Position numbers and translations under genes: made by a program. The notes beneath the pieces were generated by a model. That model worked only from the letters and a program-made list of their open reading frames with translations, had not been told where the DNA came from and did no database searches. This document shows, piece by piece, positions 47,833-57,671 of a stretch of DNA of 64,000 nucleotides. Origin of the DNA: an uncultured Ignavibacteriales bacterium. GTDB taxonomy: Bacteria; Zixibacteria; MSB-5A5; GN15; JAAZOE01. Numbering within the stretch: the stretch's first letter is position 1; each line of letters begins with the position of its first letter. The DNA lies in the NCBI GenBank assembly GCA_964611355.1, contig CAZSYD010000009.1:1-64000 (forward strand). Reading direction: 5' to 3'.

Positions 47833-48676
47833 AGAAGAACTTAAAAAAGATATCGAAGACCTTAAAACCAAAGGTATAACGCCGGGGCTGGCGGCTGTTC
47901 TGATCGGTGATGATCCGGCCTCTCATATCTATGTAAAAAATAAAGCCAGGGCTTGTAGAAAAGCTGGAATTTACAGCGAGGTTATAACGCGCCCCGCTGA
48001 AACCACTGGCGATCAACTTCATGATCTTATTGAGGAGCTTAACAATCGCTCTGATATCCATGGTATTCTTATTCAATCGCCTCTCCCGAAACATCTAAAC
48101 GAGCTTGATGCCGCAACCGACATCAACCCTCTCAAGGACGTCGACGGTTTTCATCCGGTCAATATGGGATATATGCTTTTGGGTTCACCCGTCTATCTGC
48201 CATGTACGCCGTTCGGCATTATTCAGATTCTGAATCATATAGGAGTCAATCCGAAAGGAAAAAAAATTGTTATCCTCGGACGAGGCAATATCGTCGGCAA
48301 GCCGCTGGCGGTTATCCTTATGCAAAAATGGGAAATGTGCAATGCGACCGTTACCGTTTGTCATACCGGAACGGCTGATATTCCGGCCGAAACCAGACAG
48401 GCTGATATTCTCGTAGCCGCCATGGGTAAACATGGTTTCGTAAAGGCTGAAATGATTAAGGAAGGAGTCGTTATTATCGACGTCGGTGTTAATCGTGTTG
48501 ATGATCCTGAATCGGAGAAAGGGTACCGTATCTGCGGCGACGTGGATTTTGACGGCTGCATTGAAAAAGCTTCAAAAATAACTCCTGTCCCGGGCGGTGT
48601 AGGTCCGGTAACTATTGCGATGCTGCTTTACAATACTGTTAGGGCTTCTAAATTTCTATCAAACAAGAAAATATGA
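47786..48676 (+). CDS. folD: methylenetetrahydrofolate dehydrogenase/cyclohydrolase
   Basis: IDGKAIA, YVKNK, KDVDGFHP, PCTP, TPVPGGVGP. Confidence 0.97.
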   Translation: MQGKLIDGKAIAREIKEELKKDIEDLKTKGITPGLAAVLIGDDPASHIYVKNKARACRKAGIYSEVITRPAETTGDQLHDLIEELNNRSDIHGILIQSPLPKHLNELDAATDINPLKDVDGFHPVNMGYMLLGSPVYLPCTPFGIIQILNHIGVNPKGKKIVILGRGNIVGKPLAVILMQKWEMCNATVTVCHTGTADIPAETRQADILVAAMGKHGFVKAEMIKEGVVIIDVGVNRVDDPESEKGYRICGDVDFDGCIEKASKITPVPGGVGPVTIAMLLYNTVRASKFLSNKKI

Positions 48677-49040
48677 TAGCTATTTGAATACTTGGATTAA
48701 ATATGATGGAATTTGCCAACCCTGATTAATCTCAATGGCACGGTAAATGTTTGCATCCTTCTTTGTTTCTTTTGATGAAGATTTGCCTGTTAAATGCAAG
48801 CGGGTGCACATGATAAAATCGAAATGATATTCAGGGTATTAAGGCTTTGTTTAAGCCAAAACATACAGATAATTGCGATTTAGTAATAGATTATGGGGCA
48901 ATAGATTATAAATAATCCGTATTATTATCATATATGTTACACTAATAAGATTAATGTTTTTTTTTCGGGTTAGACGGTCGTCGTAGCGGGGGCATATCTT
49001 TTGCTTATCTTGGCGGCGGATAAGTATATTGGCCGTCGAT

Positions 49041-52000
49041 ATGAATATAGCCCGTAACATATTGTTAATCATAGTAATAGGCTTCTTTGTATCAAGTTCC
49101 CTGTTAGCTCAGGATTACGGCATAACATATATCGACGAGCCTTATCAGTCGCAACCATATTCAAAAGATAGCCCGGATAAATGCCCTTCATGTCCACGAT
49201 TACCGGTTCAGCTGAATTCGGTTACCGACAGTTTATCTGACAATACCGTCGGCCATATCGCTTCTCATCAGGTAGGTTTTCTCATTCCCGATTACGCTTT
49301 TTGGCCGTATGGACTTCTGCGCGGCCGGCAGATTGTAATAACGCTCCCGCCGGATTTTGATGTTACCTCGGTAACATCGGTTACCTATCGCGATACCGAT
49401 GATGATTCCGACGATCCGAAAATCGCCTGGGTTTATATTTACTCCGAATCGGTAGTAATAAGATTCAACGACGCCATGCCGGGTCCGGACGGCGATTATT
49501 TTGTCTACATTACTCTCCACTCCATAGCCAACCCGATTACCGCCGGTCAGTTTCGGGCCGTGGTCAAGGTGGACAACATATTTGGGCAGACGATCGCCGG
49601 CCCCAACTTCAGCGAGCCTTTTCAGGTTATCCCCAATGAGCCGAATGCTGTCGAGATAACTCCCAAAGAAGATTTATTCCTGAAGGCTGGAGACGGCGTT
49701 CAGTTTGAAGGTCTGGTGATTGATCAATATGGTAATCAAATTGAAGGAGCGCAACTGAATTGGGGTCTTCATCCGGAGTTGGATCAGATCGGAATAATGT
49801 ACGGTTCCTTTCTTCAAACGACGACATCGGGCATCGGCCGGGTGCGAGTTGAATACGGCGATCTGGCGGCCAGTTCCGGCCTGATTACGGTTACGCACGG
49901 AGAAGCTCAGGCTATATCTATCATATCCGAACCTGATTCGGTTACGGCCGGGCAGGGGTTGAATATAGATATCGAGATTGAAATTCTCGATTCGTATGAT
50001 AATTTGGTGGAAGATTACCAGGGAGCGGTCTGGTTCAGTTCCGATGACCCGCAGGCGGAGATAGAGTATGATGAAGAAAATCCTTATCAGTTTACTCCGG
50101 AGGATCGGGGGCGAAAGGTCTTTTCTGGTGAGCAGTTTGTTTTCAAGACCGCGGGTCAGAGAATCCTAACGGTTACCGACAACGAAATAACCAATACCAA
50201 GGATAATATCTATGTTTTTTCAGCCGGATTGAGTCAGGCTGAAATATCTTATCCGAAAACCATAAAGGCGGGAAAGCCGTTCGATTTAACCGTAAGCAAC
50301 GCCGGTGACAGCTACGGCAATCCGTTTACCGGCCGCATTTATGTCGAGGGCGGCATTATTTCTCCTGATGGTACTGCTCCGATTGTTCCCGATATCGAAG
50401 TTATTGAAGGCCGGGGGAGCGTTCAGGTCTGGCTGTTTGCCGCCAACGGCACCAATCGTCTGTTTTTGACCTCCGGCGATTTTTCAAGAGAAATCGGTGT
50501 CGATGTTCTTCCGGCGGATTTGGCGGTAATAACCCTTGATGTAGAAGAAACTCAATTCGTCGATTATCCTTTTCTTGGCAGCTCTTACCTGCGAGTTTAT
50601 GATCGATATCAAAACCAGAAGACCGACATTTCCACCACTGATATAGAATTTCAACTTTCGGTTGATATGGGGGCTGTAAGCCCGGCCATTATTATGGCTG
50701 ATCAGTTCCCTTCCGGTGAGGCGGCGTTGATTGTTCCTGAAATGATCTATACCGGCGACCCGGGTACAATAACAATCACTGTTTCGGCCTCAGATAATGA
50801 AGCGCCTGTTGAAACCTCAGTTGCCTTTTACGCCAATGGTGTCTATGCGGAAATCGACGACGGGCATCAGGTAGCGACGCTGATTCCTCAGAATTGGGAG
50901 GTGCGCGTTTACGGCGACATCAGGAACCCGAGCGATCTTACGCCCGTTGAAGTGCAATATCGTTCCGGGTTTTTGGTGAACGGTGAATTGGTACCGAGCG
51001 AAACGCTTGAACTTCATTGTATTCCTCTGCCTTTTAATGGAAAGACGTGTCGCTTGTCGGTGGCCCGTACTGCCGATATCGACCCGGGCGATTACGAGTA
51101 TATTACCATGTTCCTGGCTACTTATGAGTATGAAGATGATACGATTGTCACGGTTTGGTCTGTATCCGAAGATGTTGAAGTTGTTCCTTTCACCGACTTT
51201 ACCGTAGAGCCGGTGCAGCTTCCGGATGTTGGATTTCCTGCCGAATATATCGTCCCGACATCTTTTGTAGTGAACAACCAGAACTCCCTTGATGCTACCG
51301 CTCATCTTGGTGCTCAACTATTTATCTTTAATGATGATTATGAACTCTATCTGGGCAACAATTACATTGATTTCAATTGGGAACCGCAAATCGGGTTTGA
51401 TATCGATGGCCAATTCTCCAATAAAATACCGATCGGCATTTATACATACAAGCTCAGGCTATTTTTAGATATTCGTCGTGAATCAAGTCGTTATTTAAGA
51501 TATACTAAGGATGTCCCACTGGAGCAGACTATTGAAATATCTTCACGGGCTGAATATGCGGTCGATATTGAATCTATATCGCCCGCTTCGGCTTCAGCCG
51601 GTGCCGATGTTTCCTTCAACTTTGACCTCAACCTGATCGGTTCTTTTCCGGTTGTTATCGACGGAGAAAATAGTAAACTCAGCATAACAGACGGCTCGAC
51701 TACCGGCTCAGCAAGATTGGAGCAGGATCAATACGAATTGGTTCCCGGCGGCAACAGTCTGACATCAGGGCCGATATTTATACCTCCAAGCTGGAAAGGG
51801 AAGGAATTAACCGCCTATCTTCATCTGGTGGGTCGGGAAGCGGGTATTCTAAATGTTGATACTGAACTTGAATTCGCATTTCCGCTGACGATTGAAGAAG
51901 TGCCTGGCCTGCAGGTGCTTTCGCTTGAAGTCGAAGCCCCCAATGCGCCGTTTATTAACACCGGGCAACGGTTTGCGCTGGTGGCAAAAATCGTTAACCG

Positions 52001-53402
52001 TTCCTCCATGAACATAAATGAACAGATATATGTCCGTTTCACCTCGGACGGTCAGTCTATACTGCCGGATCAACCGATTGTCGCTATTATACCGAATATA
52101 ATCGCTCATGACACGATAACCCTGACGCCGACGGTTTTTGCCGATTCGATGCCGAATCCGGCCGAACAATTTTCCGTTGAAATTGAGCGGCCTTCCGGTG
52201 TTGAGGTTTTGCCGCCCATAGATGATAAAACGTTGATTATTATTCAGGAACCGGCCAGTGTCGATATTTCACCGGTAGTCGTCGATATTCCGGGAACGGT
52301 TCCGATAATCGATTTCTCCGAGCGGTTTAAGGTAAAGGCTTCGTTCGATAATTTTCATTTATTGCAGGTTGAGGGCGGATCGCTGGCGCTTGATTATTCC
52401 GGCCCGGGTGATTTCGGCGTTACTTTCCCGATGGTCAAACCTTTTGATTCGATAATAATCTGGGAATTGACGGCTCCTGCTGCTGATGTGATTTCCAACC
52501 TTGTCCTCGTCTGGAAGGAAGCGCCTGTTGATCTCAATACCGGCGAGCCGGCTAAAATCAGCGAAGAGCCGATTTTGATTCCTTTTATCGTCCGTGAGTC
52601 GGTAACCCGGCTGGTTGCGCGAGCCGAGGCGTCTCTGGAGACTCGTCCGTTGCAGCGCGGCGTTTCCGGCAGGTTGTTCGACCTGTCATTGGGGAACGCC
52701 ACCAATGACAACCGCAGCACGCTGAAACTGAATTCAATCCTCATAGAGTTAACCGACCGGGATAATAATAAGATCGACGCCCGCTCGGTCGTGGACACCG
52801 ACGGCTTTGATTTCTATGTAAACGGTCAACCGGCCGGTCAGGCTCGTTTTGTCAATGACAACCTGGGATACAAGTTCTCCGAGGCGATTATATATCCCGG
52901 ACAGGAACTTGTTCTCGAAATGAGGCTGACTCCCAAGGCAGGAACGCCGTTTGATTATTTCAATATGTTTCTGAACGGCAGTCTGATTTCGGCGGAGATT
53001 ATCGAAGGTCCTCGAACCGGTCAGAGTGTTCCGGTTAATAGTGTCGGCGATCAGGCGTTTGAGGTCAGCCTGCGTAAAGCGATAATCGCTGAAGATTTGG
53101 GCGAATCTTTCAAGAATTATCCCAACCCGTTTGATCCGACCCGGACTGCAACCGAGTTCAGATATTTCCTGGAAACTGATTCTGATGTTGATATATATAT
53201 TTTCACCGCCACCGGCGAGGAAGTCCGACGCTTGCATTTAGATATCGGAGGCAACGGCGGCGCAGCGGGAACGAATGATCAAATCTATTGGGATGGCCGT
53301 AACGGGGAGGGCGATGTTGTCCTCAACGGCATCTACATTGCGCTTATAGAAGTCGCCTCGACCGGTCAGAAGGCAAAGCTGAAAATAGCGGTGGTAAAAT
53401 GA
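49041..53402 (+). CDS. large secreted beta-rich (Ig-like) protein with a T9SS/FlgD-type C-terminal domain
   Basis: Signal peptide (LLA|QDY), acidic beta-strand-rich body, C-terminal NYPNPF...WDGRN..G..V.NGIY...KIAVVK. ATG 49041 preferred. Confidence 0.8.
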   Translation: MNIARNILLIIVIGFFVSSSLLAQDYGITYIDEPYQSQPYSKDSPDKCPSCPRLPVQLNSVTDSLSDNTVGHIASHQVGFLIPDYAFWPYGLLRGRQIVITLPPDFDVTSVTSVTYRDTDDDSDDPKIAWVYIYSESVVIRFNDAMPGPDGDYFVYITLHSIANPITAGQFRAVVKVDNIFGQTIAGPNFSEPFQVIPNEPNAVEITPKEDLFLKAGDGVQFEGLVIDQYGNQIEGAQLNWGLHPELDQIGIMYGSFLQTTTSGIGRVRVEYGDLAASSGLITVTHGEAQAISIISEPDSVTAGQGLNIDIEIEILDSYDNLVEDYQGAVWFSSDDPQAEIEYDEENPYQFTPEDRGRKVFSGEQFVFKTAGQRILTVTDNEITNTKDNIYVFSAGLSQAEISYPKTIKAGKPFDLTVSNAGDSYGNPFTGRIYVEGGIISPDGTAPIVPDIEVIEGRGSVQVWLFAANGTNRLFLTSGDFSREIGVDVLPADLAVITLDVEETQFVDYPFLGSSYLRVYDRYQNQKTDISTTDIEFQLSVDMGAVSPAIIMADQFPSGEAALIVPEMIYTGDPGTITITVSASDNEAPVETSVAFYANGVYAEIDDGHQVATLIPQNWEVRVYGDIRNPSDLTPVEVQYRSGFLVNGELVPSETLELHCIPLPFNGKTCRLSVARTADIDPGDYEYITMFLATYEYEDDTIVTVWSVSEDVEVVPFTDFTVEPVQLPDVGFPAEYIVPTSFVVNNQNSLDATAHLGAQLFIFNDDYELYLGNNYIDFNWEPQIGFDIDGQFSNKIPIGIYTYKLRLFLDIRRESSRYLRYTKDVPLEQTIEISSRAEYAVDIESISPASASAGADVSFNFDLNLIGSFPVVIDGENSKLSITDGSTTGSARLEQDQYELVPGGNSLTSGPIFIPPSWKGKELTAYLHLVGREAGILNVDTELEFAFPLTIEEVPGLQVLSLEVEAPNAPFINTGQRFALVAKIVNRSSMNINEQIYVRFTSDGQSILPDQPIVAIIPNIIAHDTITLTPTVFADSMPNPAEQFSVEIERPSGVEVLPPIDDKTLIIIQEPASVDISPVVVDIPGTVPIIDFSERFKVKASFDNFHLLQVEGGSLALDYSGPGDFGVTFPMVKPFDSIIIWELTAPAADVISNLVLVWKEAPVDLNTGEPAKISEEPILIPFIVRESVTRLVARAEASLETRPLQRGVSGRLFDLSLGNATNDNRSTLKLNSILIELTDRDNNKIDARSVVDTDGFDFYVNGQPAGQARFVNDNLGYKFSEAIIYPGQELVLEMRLTPKAGTPFDYFNMFLNGSLISAEIIEGPRTGQSVPVNSVGDQAFEVSLRKAIIAEDLGESFKNYPNPFDPTRTATEFRYFLETDSDVDIYIFTATGEEVRRLHLDIGGNGGAAGTNDQIYWDGRNGEGDVVLNGIYIALIEVASTGQKAKLKIAVVK

Positions 53403-55219
53403 TGCGGCGTCCGGCGGTCATATTGGTTATTCTGCTGACGCTCGGCCATGTCGTCGCGGTCGCCTCCGAAGACGGCGGTACCGAGTCGGTCTTTAATCTC
53501 GGAGCCGGCGCACGGGCCATGGGGATGGGCAACGGTTTTGTCGCCCTGGCCGACGACGCCACCGCAGTTTATTACAATCCGGCGATGATGCCGTATCTGC
53601 CATCGCAGCAGATATCGCTTCTGCACACCATCCTGTTTGAAGGAACGACTTACGATTACGTTTCATACGTATATCCGGGTAACAACCTTGGCGGTTTCGG
53701 CGTGGCCGGTATGCGCCTGGGCACCGATGATATCGGGCGGCGCGACGAGGTAACCGACCTGGGCAAATTCAGCGCGTCGCAGGTGCAGATGCTTCTCGCT
53801 TATGGCCGGAGCTTTGGCGGCCGTCTGTCAGCCGGCGCCTCTTTGAAACTTGCGCATCAGTCGATAGACGGCTATTCCGCCTACGGCTATGGTCTTGATC
53901 TTGGCGGGCAACTGCGGCTGAATGAAAATCTGCGCGCTGGAATTCTCTTGCAGGATGTAATCGGCCCGCGTCTGGAGCTGGGCAGCGCCGATGAGCGCAC
54001 GCCCTTTAATATAAGGACCGGTGTTGCCTGTCTTGTTAAACCTGATAACAGGCCGCTTTCCGCCGCGGTGACTTTTGATCTGGATAAGCCTGAGAAACGC
54101 TCTTTCAAGGTTCGCACCGGTTTTGAATTGATTCACAGCAGCGGCCTGATTCTGCGAAGCGGTTATGATCGGGATAATTTCACGCTTGGTCTGGGGATAC
54201 GCTATCAGGACCTGACTTTTGATTATGCTTATAAGTTCATCGATCGCCTTTCCGACAGTCATCGTTTTTCACTGACCTTTAATTTTGGCGCCACTCAGGA
54301 GGAAAAAGCTGCCCGTCGGGCCAATGCTGAGCGTGCCAACGGCCGGAGAATGCTTAATGAAAACCACAAGGCATCGCTGACTGCCGAATTGGAAAAAGCT
54401 GAAAAATATTACGCCGAAGGACAGCTTGACCTGGCACTCGCGGCTTATTATCGCGCCGATGCCTTTGCCGAGGATAAAACCGTCATCCGGTCAAGAATCA
54501 AAGTCGTCAAACAGATGATAGAGGCCGACCGTATCAGAGGACCGGTAATCATTGTTACTGACAGCGGCGCCGTCGGCGCGATGTCCGATCTTGAAAGCCA
54601 GGCGGGTGCGCTGTTCGAACGGGGGGCGCTGGTGGCGGCGCGCGATATGGCTTCTCTGGCAAGGCGGTATCAGGGAGCCACTCCCGATCTTGAAATCCTC
54701 GAGAAAGCCATCGACGCCGCTATCGCCAGGGAAATCAGCACCAACCTTATCAAGGCGGAAAACGCCTTCAATCAGGGTGATTATGTCGCCGCCTATGACT
54801 CGTATAATACCGTACTGATGTATGAACCGAATAACAAGCGGGCCAGGGGCGGTTCTCGCTCATCGGAGAAACTGTTAAATCTGGCGCAGCATCTCAACCT
54901 TGCTCTGAATTATTTTAATAAAGGCAAGTATATTTCATCCCAGCGTGAATTCAGCGCCGTATTGGAGCTTGATCCCGGCAACAGCACCGCCGTAGAATAC
55001 TTGGCTCGAATAGGGAAGATGATCAAGAAATCGACCACGCTGGAAGACCTGCAGAGAGATAGTCGTATCTGGCAGATTTATCTCAACGGGCTGGAAGCCT
55101 TCCGCAAGGGCGATTACGAAAAGTCGATTGAATACTGGGAAGACGTTCTCGAAGTCTATCCCAATAACCGGAATACCATTGAGAATATAGAGCAGGCAAA
55201 ACTGCGCCTGAATAGATAA
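53399..55219 (+). CDS. PorV/UPF0164-like outer-membrane barrel fused to TPR repeats
   Basis: Signal peptide, GARAMGMG..FVALADDATAVYYNPA, alternating beta strands ending HRFSLTFNF, then TPRs. Confidence 0.8.
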   Translation: MMRRPAVILVILLTLGHVVAVASEDGGTESVFNLGAGARAMGMGNGFVALADDATAVYYNPAMMPYLPSQQISLLHTILFEGTTYDYVSYVYPGNNLGGFGVAGMRLGTDDIGRRDEVTDLGKFSASQVQMLLAYGRSFGGRLSAGASLKLAHQSIDGYSAYGYGLDLGGQLRLNENLRAGILLQDVIGPRLELGSADERTPFNIRTGVACLVKPDNRPLSAAVTFDLDKPEKRSFKVRTGFELIHSSGLILRSGYDRDNFTLGLGIRYQDLTFDYAYKFIDRLSDSHRFSLTFNFGATQEEKAARRANAERANGRRMLNENHKASLTAELEKAEKYYAEGQLDLALAAYYRADAFAEDKTVIRSRIKVVKQMIEADRIRGPVIIVTDSGAVGAMSDLESQAGALFERGALVAARDMASLARRYQGATPDLEILEKAIDAAIAREISTNLIKAENAFNQGDYVAAYDSYNTVLMYEPNNKRARGGSRSSEKLLNLAQHLNLALNYFNKGKYISSQREFSAVLELDPGNSTAVEYLARIGKMIKKSTTLEDLQRDSRIWQIYLNGLEAFRKGDYEKSIEYWEDVLEVYPNNRNTIENIEQAKLRLNR

Positions 55220-55257
55220 GCCTCGACCGATACTGCGTTTTAACTTGAATTTTGGGT

Positions 55258-55284
55258 TCAAATCTGATATCGTTTTGCCGATAA
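55258..55284 (+). promoter_or_regulatory. putative sigma28 promoter outside the flagellar cluster
   Basis: TCAA-N15-GCCGATAA (perfect -10). Confidence 0.65.
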
Positions 55285-55345
55285 TCTAAGTCTGACGAAA
55301 AAGCTACTGCTTTGCCACCTGAGATTTTGTTAAGTTGGATAACGT

Positions 55346-57406
55346 ATGCTTCGCAAGCCGATAAGAGAAACGGTGGCCGCTTTTCCCGCCCGGGAAAGCC
55401 AGCTGGCCGGTATCCGAAAAACTGTCGAGGAGGTATGCCGGGAGGCCAATCTTTCTTCCAGGGAGATAAACAACATCATCCTTGCGATTGAAGAAGGGGC
55501 GACCAACATTATTCGTCATGCCTATGTATTAGGCGAAGGCGAAATTAGACTGAGGGTGGCTGTTTTCAGGCACCATATTATCTTTTCCCTTTTTGACAAC
55601 GGCAAATCTTTCCAGCCGCCCGATAAATCCCGGCTCGATTTGAAAAAGATGGTCGCCACCGGCCGCAAGGGCGGCCTTGGATTTTACCTGATTAATAAGG
55701 TCATGGATCGGGTGGAGTATTTCTCACTCGAAGGAGAAAACGAACTTCGCCTGACCAAATTTCTCTCTGAAAAGGGCGAAAAGGAGTTGCAATGGAGCGG
55801 CGGCGTTTCGCTGCGCATGAAGTTTTCCGCCTGGACGCTTCTGATAATCCTGATAATCGTGGCCGGAGCGTACTACTATATCAATTCTCGTTCTACGCGC
55901 TATATTCAGGCACGGCTGGATAAAACGGTCGATGCTTTATGCAATACGATTGCCGCGCAGGCCTATGGGTATATTATTAACCAACGTTCCGACGTCGAGT
56001 TTGATGAACTGGTTGTTTCTTACGAGCGCGCTAATGACGTCCTTACCTCTGTTGTGATTATAAATAAAAGGGACGAAATCCTGGCAGATTCCCGGGGGCC
56101 GAGTCGATTGCATACGATGTACGATTCCGACAAACTGCGGATGATTCACCAATCCGGCTCGGCGGTAGTCTTTACGCCCGAAGGAGCCAATCCGGTGATT
56201 GTCCGCAAGGTCAATCACGGCGGGGAATACCTGGGTTCCGTGATAATGAATTATTCATCCGAAGTCATGGAGACGGAACTCCGGCAGACGCGACGGGTTA
56301 TTCTTATAATCACCGCGGTTGGTCTTCTCATCGGTATTACCGGGATATATCTTCTTTCCAACTATTTCGTGCGGCCGATTGGACGAATCGTAAGCCGGGT
56401 CCGGAAATTCTCGGCGGGCGATCTTGACAGCCAGTTGCCTCTTACCGGCGCCGGGGAGTTTTATGAAATTTCAAAGGCGCTTAATGAGTTGATAATGCGT
56501 ATCCGACGGGACAGCAAAAATATCGTTGAACGGGAAATCCTGCACAAGGAAATGCAGATGGCCGAGGAGATTCAAAAGGCGCTTATTCCGAGTCGCCATC
56601 CGACCGTTCCCGGATTCGATATTGGTACGATATATAAGGCGGCCCGAATGGTCGGCGGCGACCTGTTTGATTTTGTCTGGATTGATGAGGTTACTTTCGG
56701 AGTGGTTGTGGCTGATGTTTCCGGCAAAGGTGTCCCCGGGTCGCTGGTAATGTCGATGGTCAGAACCGCTCTGAAACTGGAAGCCCGCGGCAACCGCTCG
56801 GCCCGAGATATCCTTATCAGGGTGAATGATTTTATCGCCGATCATACAAAGCGGGGCATGTTTGTAACAATCCTGCTGGCCGTGATCGATACACGTACGG
56901 GAAAGATAAATTTCGCTTCGGCCGGTCACAATCCGATTATACATTATATTACCAGTCGGAAGGAGGCCAGGTTCCTCAACACCCGCGGGGTTCCGGTTGG
57001 TATCAAGACCAAACGTGACGAATTCGCCGGCCTGCTGGAGTCGGCCAATATCACTCTGGCCGAGAACGACTTCCTGCTTATCTATACCGACGGCGTGACC
57101 GAAGGCCGGGGACGCAGCCGGAAAGCCTACGGTACTGATCGAATTATCGACATCATGAATGATAATGGAAATCTGTTAGCCAGGGAACTGGCCGGAGTTA
57201 TTGAAGCTGATATTGCGCGTTTTATCGGTGGAGAAGATCAACATGACGATATCACCATGGTTATCCTCAAAAACTGCCCGGCTGGTAAGGATGAGCCCGG
57301 AGACAATGGCAATAAATCGGAGACAGCCGAAACTGATTCGGATACCGGGCATCAACTTGATTCCATAACCGTCAGGTTCCATAAAAACTCACAATCAGGC
57401 GATTAG
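55346..57406 (+). CDS. membrane RsbW-like Ser kinase / sensor / HAMP / SpoIIE (PP2C) phosphatase fusion
   Basis: EEGATNIIRHAY (N box), DNGKSF (G1), GGLG (G2); two TMs; HAMP; VGGD, DVSGKG, YTDG, DDIT. Confidence 0.9.
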   Translation: MLRKPIRETVAAFPARESQLAGIRKTVEEVCREANLSSREINNIILAIEEGATNIIRHAYVLGEGEIRLRVAVFRHHIIFSLFDNGKSFQPPDKSRLDLKKMVATGRKGGLGFYLINKVMDRVEYFSLEGENELRLTKFLSEKGEKELQWSGGVSLRMKFSAWTLLIILIIVAGAYYYINSRSTRYIQARLDKTVDALCNTIAAQAYGYIINQRSDVEFDELVVSYERANDVLTSVVIINKRDEILADSRGPSRLHTMYDSDKLRMIHQSGSAVVFTPEGANPVIVRKVNHGGEYLGSVIMNYSSEVMETELRQTRRVILIITAVGLLIGITGIYLLSNYFVRPIGRIVSRVRKFSAGDLDSQLPLTGAGEFYEISKALNELIMRIRRDSKNIVEREILHKEMQMAEEIQKALIPSRHPTVPGFDIGTIYKAARMVGGDLFDFVWIDEVTFGVVVADVSGKGVPGSLVMSMVRTALKLEARGNRSARDILIRVNDFIADHTKRGMFVTILLAVIDTRTGKINFASAGHNPIIHYITSRKEARFLNTRGVPVGIKTKRDEFAGLLESANITLAENDFLLIYTDGVTEGRGRSRKAYGTDRIIDIMNDNGNLLARELAGVIEADIARFIGGEDQHDDITMVILKNCPAGKDEPGDNGNKSETAETDSDTGHQLDSITVRFHKNSQSGD

Positions 57407-57671
57407 TGCAGCGCTGCAGCTTTCCGGCAAAGGAGGCGCCTGGTCGCTCTTCGAGCGGCTTTGACTTAATCCTGCAATAGCAACCATCATTGACCGCATG
57501 CGCCTAATATGTTTATATTCCGCAAGTTATGCAGTATCCGGAATCGGCTTCCGGCCCGATACGGAAAATATTTATATTGACAAATATGGATGGTTTATTA
57601 TCCTGATTAAGGAGGGTATATCTATTATGAATCCGGTTATAGCAGGTAGGTATCATCAATGAGGGTATCGG

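Noticed and set aside
48737..48757. TGGCACG sigma54-like -24 box
   Set aside because: The -12 position reads GT rather than GC at N10 spacing, and it is about 300 nt from the next start.
48677..49072. AT-rich intergenic tract and ORF 48851-49072(-)
   Set aside because: Low-complexity translation; no terminal repeats or transposase remnants recognised.
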